From Spirochaetia bacterium (GTDB lineage: Bacteria; Spirochaetota; Spirochaetia; UBA9216): DNA of 64,000 nucleotides. Both the position numbers and the translations under genes were made by a program. Under the pieces are notes generated by a model. That model had not been told where the DNA came from. It saw nothing but the letters and a program-made list of their open reading frames with translations, and did not search any database. This document shows positions 8,856-17,224 of this stretch, piece by piece. Where the stretch lies: contig OY776510.1 in the NCBI GenBank assembly GCA_963675665.1, forward strand, positions 288,001-352,000, written 5' to 3'. The first letter of the stretch is position 1; every line of letters starts with the position of its first letter.

Positions 8856-9893
8856 TTACATCAGTTCAATACCGTTTGCCTTACAATCGTTTTTTACGAT
8901 ATCCGGCCACATACTGGCCTGAACCTCGCCGATGTGGGCTTTTCTCAACAAAAACATACACAACCTCGACTGGCCTATTCCGCCGCCGACTGATTCGGGA
9001 AACTCGCCGGCAAGAAGACGTTTATGAAAAAGCAGATCTTTCCGCTTTTCAAGTTTTCTGATTTCCAGCTGCCTGATAAGGGCTTCACGGTTCACCCTTA
9101 TTCCCATTGAAGAAATCTCAAAAGTACGTGAAAGCACAGGGTTCCACAGAATTATATCTCCGTTAAGCCCACTGTAACCGCCGTCGGTTTCGGTGCTCCA
9201 GTCATCGTAATCGGGAGCACGGCCGTCATGTATACTGCCGTCCGGCAGCTCTCCGCCTATCCCTATTATAAATACCGCACCGTATTCCTCAGCCGCCCTG
9301 GACTCTCTTTCCACCGGGCTTAATTCGGGGTATACGCTGCACAGGTCTTCCGAATAAAGAAAGGTAATTTCTTCAGGCAGAATCGGTTTTATTTCGGGAT
9401 GCCGTTCATATACCATAAACTCGGTAGCCTTCAGAGTTGCGTAAATTTTCTGTACAACAAGTTTCAGGAAATCCAGATTGCGGTTTTCGTCAGTGATTGC
9501 CATTTCCCAGTCCCACTGATCGACATAATAGGAATGGAGATTGTCAGCCTCCTCATCAGGGCGGATCGCATTCATATCCGTATAGAGTCCGTAGCCGGCT
9601 TCTATTTTATAATCGCCTAGCATCATCCGTTTCCATTTTGCAAGCGACTGAGGGATTTCGGCCGTTGCAGCCATTCCCTTCGGTTTAAATGAAACCGGTT
9701 TTTCAACTCCGTTCAGATCATCGTTTACACCGGTTCCGGCCTCAATGAACAACGGAGCAGTAACACGCCTGAGTTTCAGCTGCGCTGATAAATAAGTCTG
9801 GAAAAAGTTTTTAATGTCGGCAATTGCTTTTTCAGTTTCTTCAAGAGAAAGTATTGATTTATAATTCTCGGGATAATAGTACTGGGCGGGCAT
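8856..9893 (-). CDS. asnA: Aspartate--ammonia ligase
   Basis: SLAKWKR, YVDQWDWE, HDGRAPDYDDW and GGGIGQSR. Confidence 0.96.
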   Translation of the reverse strand: MPAQYYYPENYKSILSLEETEKAIADIKNFFQTYLSAQLKLRRVTAPLFIEAGTGVNDDLNGVEKPVSFKPKGMAATAEIPQSLAKWKRMMLGDYKIEAGYGLYTDMNAIRPDEEADNLHSYYVDQWDWEMAITDENRNLDFLKLVVQKIYATLKATEFMVYERHPEIKPILPEEITFLYSEDLCSVYPELSPVERESRAAEEYGAVFIIGIGGELPDGSIHDGRAPDYDDWSTETDGGYSGLNGDIILWNPVLSRTFEISSMGIRVNREALIRQLEIRKLEKRKDLLFHKRLLAGEFPESVGGGIGQSRLCMFLLRKAHIGEVQASMWPDIVKNDCKANGIELM

Positions 9894-9972
9894 GTGGTTC
9901 TCCTATATTTGTCTGAAGCAGATTATATCCGGGATTCCTTTTTTATTACAGACCAAATGCCCGCAGGTCCTC

Positions 9973-10434
9973 TTATCCGGCTTTAATTTTAAGCCCGTCG
10001 GCTTCATAAATCTTTTCGCAATAATGACACATAAACCCGGTTTCTCCTTCTTCCGTATCCCGGTATCGATCAAAACGCGTAGCTATGCTCTCAACATTGG
10101 TTATGCAGTTCGGATTCGGACAGTGCGCAATGTTTTCAAGTATTCCGGGAATCTCAACCTTGCGTTTTTCGGCAACCTCATAGTCTCTGATTATGGTTAT
10201 GGATGCGGTCGGGGCAATAAGCGCTATACGGTTAACCTCATCGGCCGACAGCTCATGATTTTCGATCTTCACTATATCCTTCCTGCCAAATTTGGCGCTG
10301 ACAAGATTCATTCCGATGCTGACTGTGTCGCCCTTGCTGCCGTTCAGAATTTTCAGAACATGGATCGCCTTACCCCCCGGAATATGATCAATAACCGTTC
10401 CGTCTTTTATTGCATCTACCTTTAACTGTTTCAT
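9973..10434 (-). CDS. pyrI: Aspartate carbamoyltransferase regulatory chain
   Basis: AIKDGTVIDHIP, KDIVKIE and CPNPNCIT..CHYCE zinc site. Confidence 0.96.
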   Translation of the reverse strand: MKQLKVDAIKDGTVIDHIPGGKAIHVLKILNGSKGDTVSIGMNLVSAKFGRKDIVKIENHELSADEVNRIALIAPTASITIIRDYEVAEKRKVEIPGILENIAHCPNPNCITNVESIATRFDRYRDTEEGETGFMCHYCEKIYEADGLKIKAG

Positions 10435-10542
10435 CTTTTGGTTCCTCCCGTTATATTACCCGCAGGGATGCGGGTTTACGAATTAAGGTTTTCAGTTTCT
10501 GACTGAAAACCTTAAAATTTAAAAACAGCACGGATGATGTTT

Positions 10543-11466
10543 TTAAATCACACCCGTTAAAATTGATAATATTGCCTGGCGCATATAGACTCCGTTTTCC
10601 GCCTGTTCGAAATAGTATGCATGGGGTGAAGCGTCAACCTCTTCGGCAATTTCGTCCACTCTCGGCAGGGGATGAAGAATTCTCATCCCTTCTTTGGCAT
10701 TTTTTATCGTATTGAGACTGATAATGTACGATCCCTTAAGTCTCTCGTAATCTTCGGGATCGGCAAAGCGCTCACGCTGAATTCGCGTTACATACATTAT
10801 ATCGAGTTCGGGCACAATCGGTTCCACCTCGGAAAGTTCGGTATATTTTATCCCCCTTGAAGCAAGCTCCTCCTTGATGTGTTCAGGCATCTCCAGAAAC
10901 CCCGGCGAAATAAAATAAAATTCGGGATTGTAGTATGCAAGCGCCTGTGCAAGCGAATGAACCGTTCTGCCGAATCGCAGATCTCCAACCAGGCCGATTT
11001 TAAGATTCTCAAGGGTTCCGTGTGTCTTCTTAATTGAGTAAAGATCAAGCAAAGCCTGTGTAGGATGCTGATTAGCCCCGTCTCCTGCATTTACGACCGG
11101 CAGTTTTACAACCTCCGAAGCATACCTTGCGGCGCCTTCAACGGCATGCCGGATAACAATTATATCCGAGTACCTCTCGATTGTTCTCAGCGTATCGGCA
11201 AAGCTTTCTCCTTTTTTTACGGATGTGGTACCAGTGCCTTTCATTAAAAGGGCTTCGCCTCCCAGGCGTTTTACAGCTGATTCAAACGAAAAGCAGGTAC
11301 GGGTAGACGGTTCAAAGAATAGTAAAGCTGCGATTTTCCCCTGCATATCAGGGATTATCCGTTTTTCCTCAATAGCTCCTGCTGTTTCAACAAGATAATC
11401 AAGAGCCTCTCTGTCCAGATCACGCATCGATATGATGTGATTCCCGCCTGATAATTTTGCCGGCAT
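10543..11466 (-). CDS. pyrB: Aspartate carbamoyltransferase catalytic chain
   Basis: FFEPSTRT, NAGDG..QHPTQ, TRIQRERF and HPLPR. Confidence 0.97.
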   Translation of the reverse strand: MPAKLSGGNHIISMRDLDREALDYLVETAGAIEEKRIIPDMQGKIAALLFFEPSTRTCFSFESAVKRLGGEALLMKGTGTTSVKKGESFADTLRTIERYSDIIVIRHAVEGAARYASEVVKLPVVNAGDGANQHPTQALLDLYSIKKTHGTLENLKIGLVGDLRFGRTVHSLAQALAYYNPEFYFISPGFLEMPEHIKEELASRGIKYTELSEVEPIVPELDIMYVTRIQRERFADPEDYERLKGSYIISLNTIKNAKEGMRILHPLPRVDEIAEEVDASPHAYYFEQAENGVYMRQAILSILTGVI

Positions 11467-12891
11467 TTAAACCTCCCTTGCCTGAAAAACGTTCCAGGCT
11501 TTCCGGCGGTATACCTCGGCTTCCGCAGCCGGGTCCTCCGCCTTGATGATTCCCCGGCCGACGATTATACAATCGGCCCCGCCTTCTATTGCTTCTTCAA
11601 CCGTAAGATACTGTTGTCCGAGATTATCTGTTCCGCGCTCGAGCTTAACCCCGGGCATAAGCAGCATCTGATTTTTCGGTATCATTGCCTTATAGTTCCT
11701 TATATCCTCAACATCCTTTCCGTGCCCGATATAACCCGAAACAACAGCGCTGTTGTTTCGGCCTGCTTCAATCACTTTTCGACTGTAATCTTCAGTTATC
11801 AGGTTGCCCCTGCTGGACATACGCGCGAGAAGAAAAGCCGCCTGGGGCCGGCCCGGCTGCATCGAGGCTTCACCGTCCGGAAAAAGCCCCTGCACGGTCC
11901 CTTCGCCCGCTATAAGATGACTTGTTACGCAGTCAGCCCATTCGGCAATACGGTAAACGCCGCCGTAAAACTGGTGTTTAACGGTGTTTCCGATATCCGC
12001 GAACTTCCGATCCTCAAAAATCAGAAAATCATGTTCAGCCGACAGTTTCTTCAGCCTGGCTATGAAGTCAAAACTGAAATTGCGGATAATGTCCATATGG
12101 GTCTTAACCATGGCAATGCTGCCGGCTGTTTTTTCAAGAATATCGAAAAACTCGTCGGAGTCTTCGGTATCGAGCGACAGAATCAGGTTTGTTTTTTTCC
12201 GCTTCATTACGGCAAGCAGTTTTTCGGTCAGGCCGTTTGCGGCAACGGTTTCTTTTTCAACTGCTGTGCCCGGGGGCTGTATTCTGCCGGCGGCGAGGTT
12301 GGCGGTGAAGCTTCTTATTCCGTCGGCCGTTTCAGCGCTCAGATGTCCTTCCCGGACAAGCAGAGACACAATATTTTCAAGGGATATCAGACTGTGAAGA
12401 ATAAGCCCCCTTTCCCTGAGTTCGTTCTCGGCGTCAGCGCTGCGGTCTATAACAACGAGAATATCCCTGACCTCAAAGCCTTCCGCTTTAAGATCGTCCG
12501 CAGTCTCAAATTTGGATCCGCCGGTTGTCACGAGATCATCTACAATAAGACAGCGTCCTTTTTTATCCGGGTCTCCTACCAGTTTTCCTCCGGCGCCGTA
12601 TGTCTTAACCTCCTTGCGGAGCATAAACAGAGGTTTACCGAGCCTCTCGGCTATCAGGGCGGCGGACGGCAGGGCTGTATACGGGATTCCCAGAACAGAA
12701 TCAAACTCAAGTCCGGCGGCGCATTCGGCAAGCAGTTCACACATAAGGCTGTGCAGTTCAGGATGAGAGATAACCTTCCTTAAATCCAGATAAAAAGGCG
12801 ATTCGATGCCGCTTTTCAGAGTAAACGCACCGAACTTAACTGCCCCGATCTCAAACAGCCCCCTGATAAATTCTTTCTTCTTATTGTCCAA
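11467..12891 (-). CDS. pyrF: Bifunctional UMP synthase: orotate phosphoribosyltransferase fused to OMP decarboxylase (pyrE::pyrF)
   Basis: N-terminal [14 protein letters not shown] and [11 protein letters not shown] (OPRT); C-terminal [20 protein letters not shown] and IIVGRGI (ODC). Confidence 0.93.
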   Translation of the reverse strand: MDNKKKEFIRGLFEIGAVKFGAFTLKSGIESPFYLDLRKVISHPELHSLMCELLAECAAGLEFDSVLGIPYTALPSAALIAERLGKPLFMLRKEVKTYGAGGKLVGDPDKKGRCLIVDDLVTTGGSKFETADDLKAEGFEVRDILVVIDRSADAENELRERGLILHSLISLENIVSLLVREGHLSAETADGIRSFTANLAAGRIQPPGTAVEKETVAANGLTEKLLAVMKRKKTNLILSLDTEDSDEFFDILEKTAGSIAMVKTHMDIIRNFSFDFIARLKKLSAEHDFLIFEDRKFADIGNTVKHQFYGGVYRIAEWADCVTSHLIAGEGTVQGLFPDGEASMQPGRPQAAFLLARMSSRGNLITEDYSRKVIEAGRNNSAVVSGYIGHGKDVEDIRNYKAMIPKNQMLLMPGVKLERGTDNLGQQYLTVEEAIEGGADCIIVGRGIIKAEDPAAEAEVYRRKAWNVFQAREV

Positions 12892-14197
12892 TTATCTTTC
12901 CCCCTAATATGGTTTTATATACAGATACAGGCATCTCCATGCCGTTGAACGGCGAATATTTCGCCCTTGTTTCAAAATCCGAACATTTTACTCTCTTTGG
13001 ACCGTCCAGGATAACCAAATCAGCCAGGCACCCTTCAACAATTCCCTTTCTGTCTTCAAGATTGAAAATTTCGGCGGCGCGGCGGCTGGTCAGCATTGAG
13101 AGTGAAATATTCCGCTTTCCATCATGTTCTTTCAGAAACCCCGCTATAAGACCGAGTTCAGTTTCAAGACCCGGAAATCCCGAAGGACATTCATTGAAAC
13201 TGCGGCAGCTCATATCTTTCTCCTCAACCTGGTGCGGAGCATGGTCGCTTCCGAAAAGATCAATTGTTCCGTCAAGCAAAGCTTCTTCGGCGGCCTTTCG
13301 GTCGGCGGGCGTACGGAGAGGCGGGTTTACCCTGGCCCAGGACTGATATCCTCCGGCAACCGTATGATGCTCGTCGAGCAGAAGATGATGAGGCGTAAGT
13401 TCCGCAATTACGGAGTTGTTACCGTATGCTTCTTTATGCTTGCGTACCATCGCAAACTCTGCAAGGGTTGACAGGTGGCAAAGATACAGCCTGCATCCTG
13501 TAACTGCGGCAAGTTCCAGCGCCAGCGCTGTGCCGGCCACAGCGGCTCCCGCAGGCCTGTAGTGGTTATGGCTTACAAGCTCAGCATCACACCCGCCGCA
13601 GTCTTCATTGATGGCATTCAGCAGTGCGGCGAGTTCGGTATGTACCGCTGCCGGTTTTCCGGATGCGGCAGCGATGGTAAATACCCTGCTGATAAAATCG
13701 ATATCGCTGCTGCTTGCGTTTGAGCTGCTTTCCGAAAAAAACAGTTTAACTCCGGCAACATCCTTTTCTTCGAGAAGTTCCGGCAGCAGATCTATCGTTT
13801 CCGGAGAACAGCCGATCCAGAACAGCCGCCGGGGGATGCTCTTTCCCGTTTGGGAGGCTCTTTTCTCCGCTTCGGCAACCGCATTCCGTTTCATTTCCAG
13901 GACTTCGAACGTGTCGGTCGCAGGTTTTGTATTAGGCATATCGATTACCGTCGTTACTCCGCCGGCAAGGGCCGCCCGGCCTCCGGAAAACCAGTCTTCT
14001 TTTTCTTCCATCCCCGGAGAGCGCATATGCACATGAGGATCAATCATTCCCGGAATCACTTCCCGTCCGTCTGCATCAAAACCGGAGGGGTCCGTTACCG
14101 CATCCGAAGCCGCCGATACACCGCTGATGAGACCGGTTTTTTCATCTATAAAAATATCTTTAAGTATTCCGTCGACCTTTGCGTTTTGTATCGTCAT
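12881..14197 (-). CDS. pyrC: Dihydroorotase (amidohydrolase type)
   Basis: [32 protein letters not shown] and GSDHAPH; pyr cluster context. Confidence 0.88.
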   Translation of the reverse strand: MTIQNAKVDGILKDIFIDEKTGLISGVSAASDAVTDPSGFDADGREVIPGMIDPHVHMRSPGMEEKEDWFSGGRAALAGGVTTVIDMPNTKPATDTFEVLEMKRNAVAEAEKRASQTGKSIPRRLFWIGCSPETIDLLPELLEEKDVAGVKLFFSESSSNASSSDIDFISRVFTIAAASGKPAAVHTELAALLNAINEDCGGCDAELVSHNHYRPAGAAVAGTALALELAAVTGCRLYLCHLSTLAEFAMVRKHKEAYGNNSVIAELTPHHLLLDEHHTVAGGYQSWARVNPPLRTPADRKAAEEALLDGTIDLFGSDHAPHQVEEKDMSCRSFNECPSGFPGLETELGLIAGFLKEHDGKRNISLSMLTSRRAAEIFNLEDRKGIVEGCLADLVILDGPKRVKCSDFETRAKYSPFNGMEMPVSVYKTILGGKIIGQ

Positions 14198-15174
14198 GCG
14201 CGGGCCCCGGAAAAATCTTTATCATTGCTCAGCCGGTTCTGAAAATACTCGACGCTGCCGCTGGCCGTTCGCCGGTAAACCCCGAAATCCTGGAGCTGCT
14301 CCACCTGGCTGCGCCAGAGCGCCGGGCCTTCCTTGCAGATTCGTATACCGCCCGGATCCGTCGCACAGGAACCGCAGATCCCGATCGCGCACTTCATGTA
14401 ACGCTCGAAAAGAAACTGATACTCTGTTTGCGGGCTCAGATGCGAAACAAGACTTTTCATCATTAAATCGGGGCCTGAAGCGTACAAAAAATTGCAGCCG
14501 GATCCAGAAGCTCTCGTAATATCAGCCAGCGCGTCGGCTGCGGTCCCGCAGATCCTTCCGCAGCCGTTCTCTCTTCGGCCGGCGGCATCGGCATCATCAA
14601 GCGTCTCAGCCGCGCCGGTGTAGGAAACGCTCAGGCCGGCAAACCGCTGCTCAAACAGAAGGTCCTCTTCGGTGCGGCCTGCGGCAATAACATGAATGTT
14701 TTCCACAGGCGTTCCGGCATCAAGCAGGCGCCTGCAAAGCAGGTATAGAGGCGGCAGGCCGAACCCCCCGCCGCATAAAACCGGTTTGAACTCCGGCGGC
14801 CCGATATTCAGTATTGAGCCCGGAGTTCTGGGGCCGTGTTCGTCCGTTTCCCCGGGTATAAAAAAAGAGGAACCGTAAGCGCCTCTGATGCTGACAATAT
14901 CTCCTGCCTTCATCCTGAAAAGCCGGGAGGTGAATTCGCCTATCTTTTTAACGGTTATCGAAAAAAAAGCCTTGCCGCCGTTTTCGGCACAATCGGAAAT
15001 TGAAAAGGGTTTTTCTCCTCCGTTGAAATCAGTAAGCATTATAAACTGGCCCGGAAGCACCGGAATATCAAGTTCAAAATTAAAAGTCCTGATGTTTTCC
15101 GTCTCTTCCGTTATTCCTGCAATAGGAACTGTATACCTTCTGTCTTTTATCAAATCATTCCTCCTGACGTTCAT
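14194..15174 (-). CDS. pyrK: Dihydroorotate dehydrogenase electron-transfer subunit
   Basis: PGQF..KPFSI FAD motif, GGG.G and ERYMKCAIGICGSC..C [2Fe-2S] motif. Confidence 0.88.
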   Translation of the reverse strand: MNVRRNDLIKDRRYTVPIAGITEETENIRTFNFELDIPVLPGQFIMLTDFNGGEKPFSISDCAENGGKAFFSITVKKIGEFTSRLFRMKAGDIVSIRGAYGSSFFIPGETDEHGPRTPGSILNIGPPEFKPVLCGGGFGLPPLYLLCRRLLDAGTPVENIHVIAAGRTEEDLLFEQRFAGLSVSYTGAAETLDDADAAGRRENGCGRICGTAADALADITRASGSGCNFLYASGPDLMMKSLVSHLSPQTEYQFLFERYMKCAIGICGSCATDPGGIRICKEGPALWRSQVEQLQDFGVYRRTASGSVEYFQNRLSNDKDFSGARA

Positions 15175-15189
15175 TCAACGTTATAATCC

Positions 15190-15224
15190 AAAAAAAAGCC
15201 GGACCATTAAACAATGATCCGGCT
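15190..15224 (-). terminator. Intrinsic terminator or attenuator between pyrD and pyrK
   Basis: GCCGGATCATT-GTTT-AATGGTCCGGC followed by T8; the stem starts within the pyrD stop codon. Confidence 0.75.
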
Positions 15225-16164
15225 AAATAATCCGACTGATATCACTAACGGACTCCAGTCCCTTCCGTTTCAGAAAGGAAAGCAATTCCTCATTAATGAG
15301 GCTGAAAACCTCAGGACCCCGGTAATAAACCGCCGTGCCCACGCCGACAAGATCGGCGCCGGCCATAAACATCTGCACGGCGTCTTCACCGGTTGAAATC
15401 CCGCCCGTCCCAATGATGGGGACTCTGATCCCGGCCTTCCGGCATTCGTAAACAAGACGAAGGGTCACAGGTTTGATGCATGGCCCCGACATTCCCCCGC
15501 TGATATTTGAAAGCACCGGCCGCCCTGTTTCTATATCGATCTCCATTCCCGGGCCGAGGGTGTTTATCATGCAGAGCGCGTCTGCTCCCGCTTCAACCGC
15601 CGCAGCGGCAATACCTGTAAAACCCGTTACGTTCGGCGAAAGCTTTGCGATAACCGGTTTGGTGCTGACTGATTTCACCGCTGTAATGATATCTCCAACG
15701 GTTTTACCGGAAGCGGCGAGGGGCACTCCGAATTCATCCATGACATTCGGGCACGAAAGATTCAGTTCCAGAAAATCAGCTGATGATGAATTGACCCTTT
15801 CGGCAAGAACCCTGAACCCGCTGACATCGGTTGCGAAAATACTGACATTTACAGGGCACGCAACATGTTTTCCGGCATCTTGATCTGCAGCTTCTTTCAG
15901 CCGTTTCAGCTCTTCAAGACCCGCATCGATTCCGGGATTACACAACCCCATTGCGTTCAGCATGCCGCCTTCAATTTCTGCGACAACAGGGCCCTCATGG
16001 CCTTTGCGGGGTTCGATTGTCAGTGATTTTGATGTAACAAGACCGGCACCCAGGGCGGATACCTGTTTCATACTTGAAAACGAAATATCAAGGACACCTG
16101 CCGGCAAAACCAGCGGTGAACTCAGCTTTACACCAAGAAAATCTGTCCTTAACTCTCGCTTCAT
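15223..16164 (-). CDS. pyrD: Dihydroorotate dehydrogenase, family 1B catalytic subunit
   Basis: NAMGL.NPG, ELNLSCPN, AKLSPN, GGMSG and GTGGI; start moved to ATG 16164 because the ORF extension covers the promoter. Confidence 0.93.
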   Translation of the reverse strand: MKRELRTDFLGVKLSSPLVLPAGVLDISFSSMKQVSALGAGLVTSKSLTIEPRKGHEGPVVAEIEGGMLNAMGLCNPGIDAGLEELKRLKEAADQDAGKHVACPVNVSIFATDVSGFRVLAERVNSSSADFLELNLSCPNVMDEFGVPLAASGKTVGDIITAVKSVSTKPVIAKLSPNVTGFTGIAAAAVEAGADALCMINTLGPGMEIDIETGRPVLSNISGGMSGPCIKPVTLRLVYECRKAGIRVPIIGTGGISTGEDAVQMFMAGADLVGVGTAVYYRGPEVFSLINEELLSFLKRKGLESVSDISRII

Positions 16165-16224
16165 AACCTTTCGTTCAGCGAAAGATGAACATTCCCATGT
16201 CACCTTCCACTTGGGATTTTTGCG

Positions 16225-16254
16225 AGCATACACCGCCGGGCCTTTATCTGTCAA
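16225..16254 (-). promoter_or_regulatory. Sigma-70 promoter of the pyr cluster
   Basis: TTGACA-N18-TATGCT about 60 nt upstream of the pyrD ATG. Confidence 0.6.
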
Positions 16255-16351
16255 TGGCCGGAAAGGTATTTTCAGGAAGGTTTTCAAGTGTTAGGGTAAA
16301 CAAAATAAAAAGATTGAATAATTAAATATGAGCTTATATAGTAAATAAAAA

Positions 16352-17215
16352 ATGTTTGAATTCAGGAAACTGAAACTTATTTTGCTATTATCAACTACTT
16401 TGTTTATATTCGGCTGCGGAGACCCAGATTACGGTTCAGGCGACGACAACTCCGTATCCGCTCCGGTAATCACGGACTTCAGCCTTCCGGACGGAAACCT
16501 CACAGATTCGGGCACAGTTACCGTCAGCATTACCGACGACGGCACAGCAACAGCATGGATGATAACCGAATCGGAGAACGCTCCCGAGGCCGCTTCTTCC
16601 GATTGGCTGTCAACAAAGCCTTCAACTCACACGATATCTTCCTTCGGCGCATATAATCTCTATGCCTGGGCGAAGAATTCAACGGGTACCGTAAGCAGCG
16701 GAAAAGGCCCGCTTTTAGCCGAATATGTTAACGGTCCGGAAGCGGGAAACATTATTATAACGGAAATAATGGCAAATCCGGACACTCTGTATGACGACGT
16801 CGGCGAATGGTTCGAGATCTTCAACACATCCGGAGAAACATTTAATCTTAAAGGATGTATTTTCAACGATTCCGGCACCGATTCATTCACAATCTCGGCA
16901 GATTTCGAAATATCTCCGGCATATTTTGCTACGCTGGCAATATCCGGCGAACCGGGTTTTACGGCGGATTACATCTTCCAGAACTTCAGCCTTGCCAACT
17001 CGGGCGACGGAATAACGCTCACTTCATTAAGCGGTGTTGTAATCGATTCCGTAAGCTACGAAGGCTCTGTTGCCGGGGTCTCAACGCAGCTGCTGCCGTC
17101 CTGTTTTAATTCGGTCGACAATGATGAGGCGGAAAACTGGTCGGCGTCCACTTCTTCATACAACGGCGATTACGGCACCCCAGGGGCCGCCAACGAAGCT
17201 GCAGCTATGCCGTAA
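16352..17215 (+). CDS. Lipoprotein with C-terminal lamin-tail domain
   Basis: Lipobox IFGC; IIITEIMANP..EWFEIFN..LANSGD and terminal GTPGAAN. Confidence 0.78.
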   Translation: MFEFRKLKLILLLSTTLFIFGCGDPDYGSGDDNSVSAPVITDFSLPDGNLTDSGTVTVSITDDGTATAWMITESENAPEAASSDWLSTKPSTHTISSFGAYNLYAWAKNSTGTVSSGKGPLLAEYVNGPEAGNIIITEIMANPDTLYDDVGEWFEIFNTSGETFNLKGCIFNDSGTDSFTISADFEISPAYFATLAISGEPGFTADYIFQNFSLANSGDGITLTSLSGVVIDSVSYEGSVAGVSTQLLPSCFNSVDNDEAENWSASTSSYNGDYGTPGAANEAAAMP

Positions 17216-17224
17216 AGCTGTTGT

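Noticed and set aside
11614-12783. 389-aa plus-strand ORF
   Set aside because: Antisense shadow of pyrE::pyrF with no recognisable motif
16165-16287. N-terminal ORF extensions of pyrD (also 54620-54709, 61129-61206, 62593-62670, 51433-51477)
   Set aside because: Downstream starts have better RBSs and match family N-termini; several extensions overlap promoters or operators
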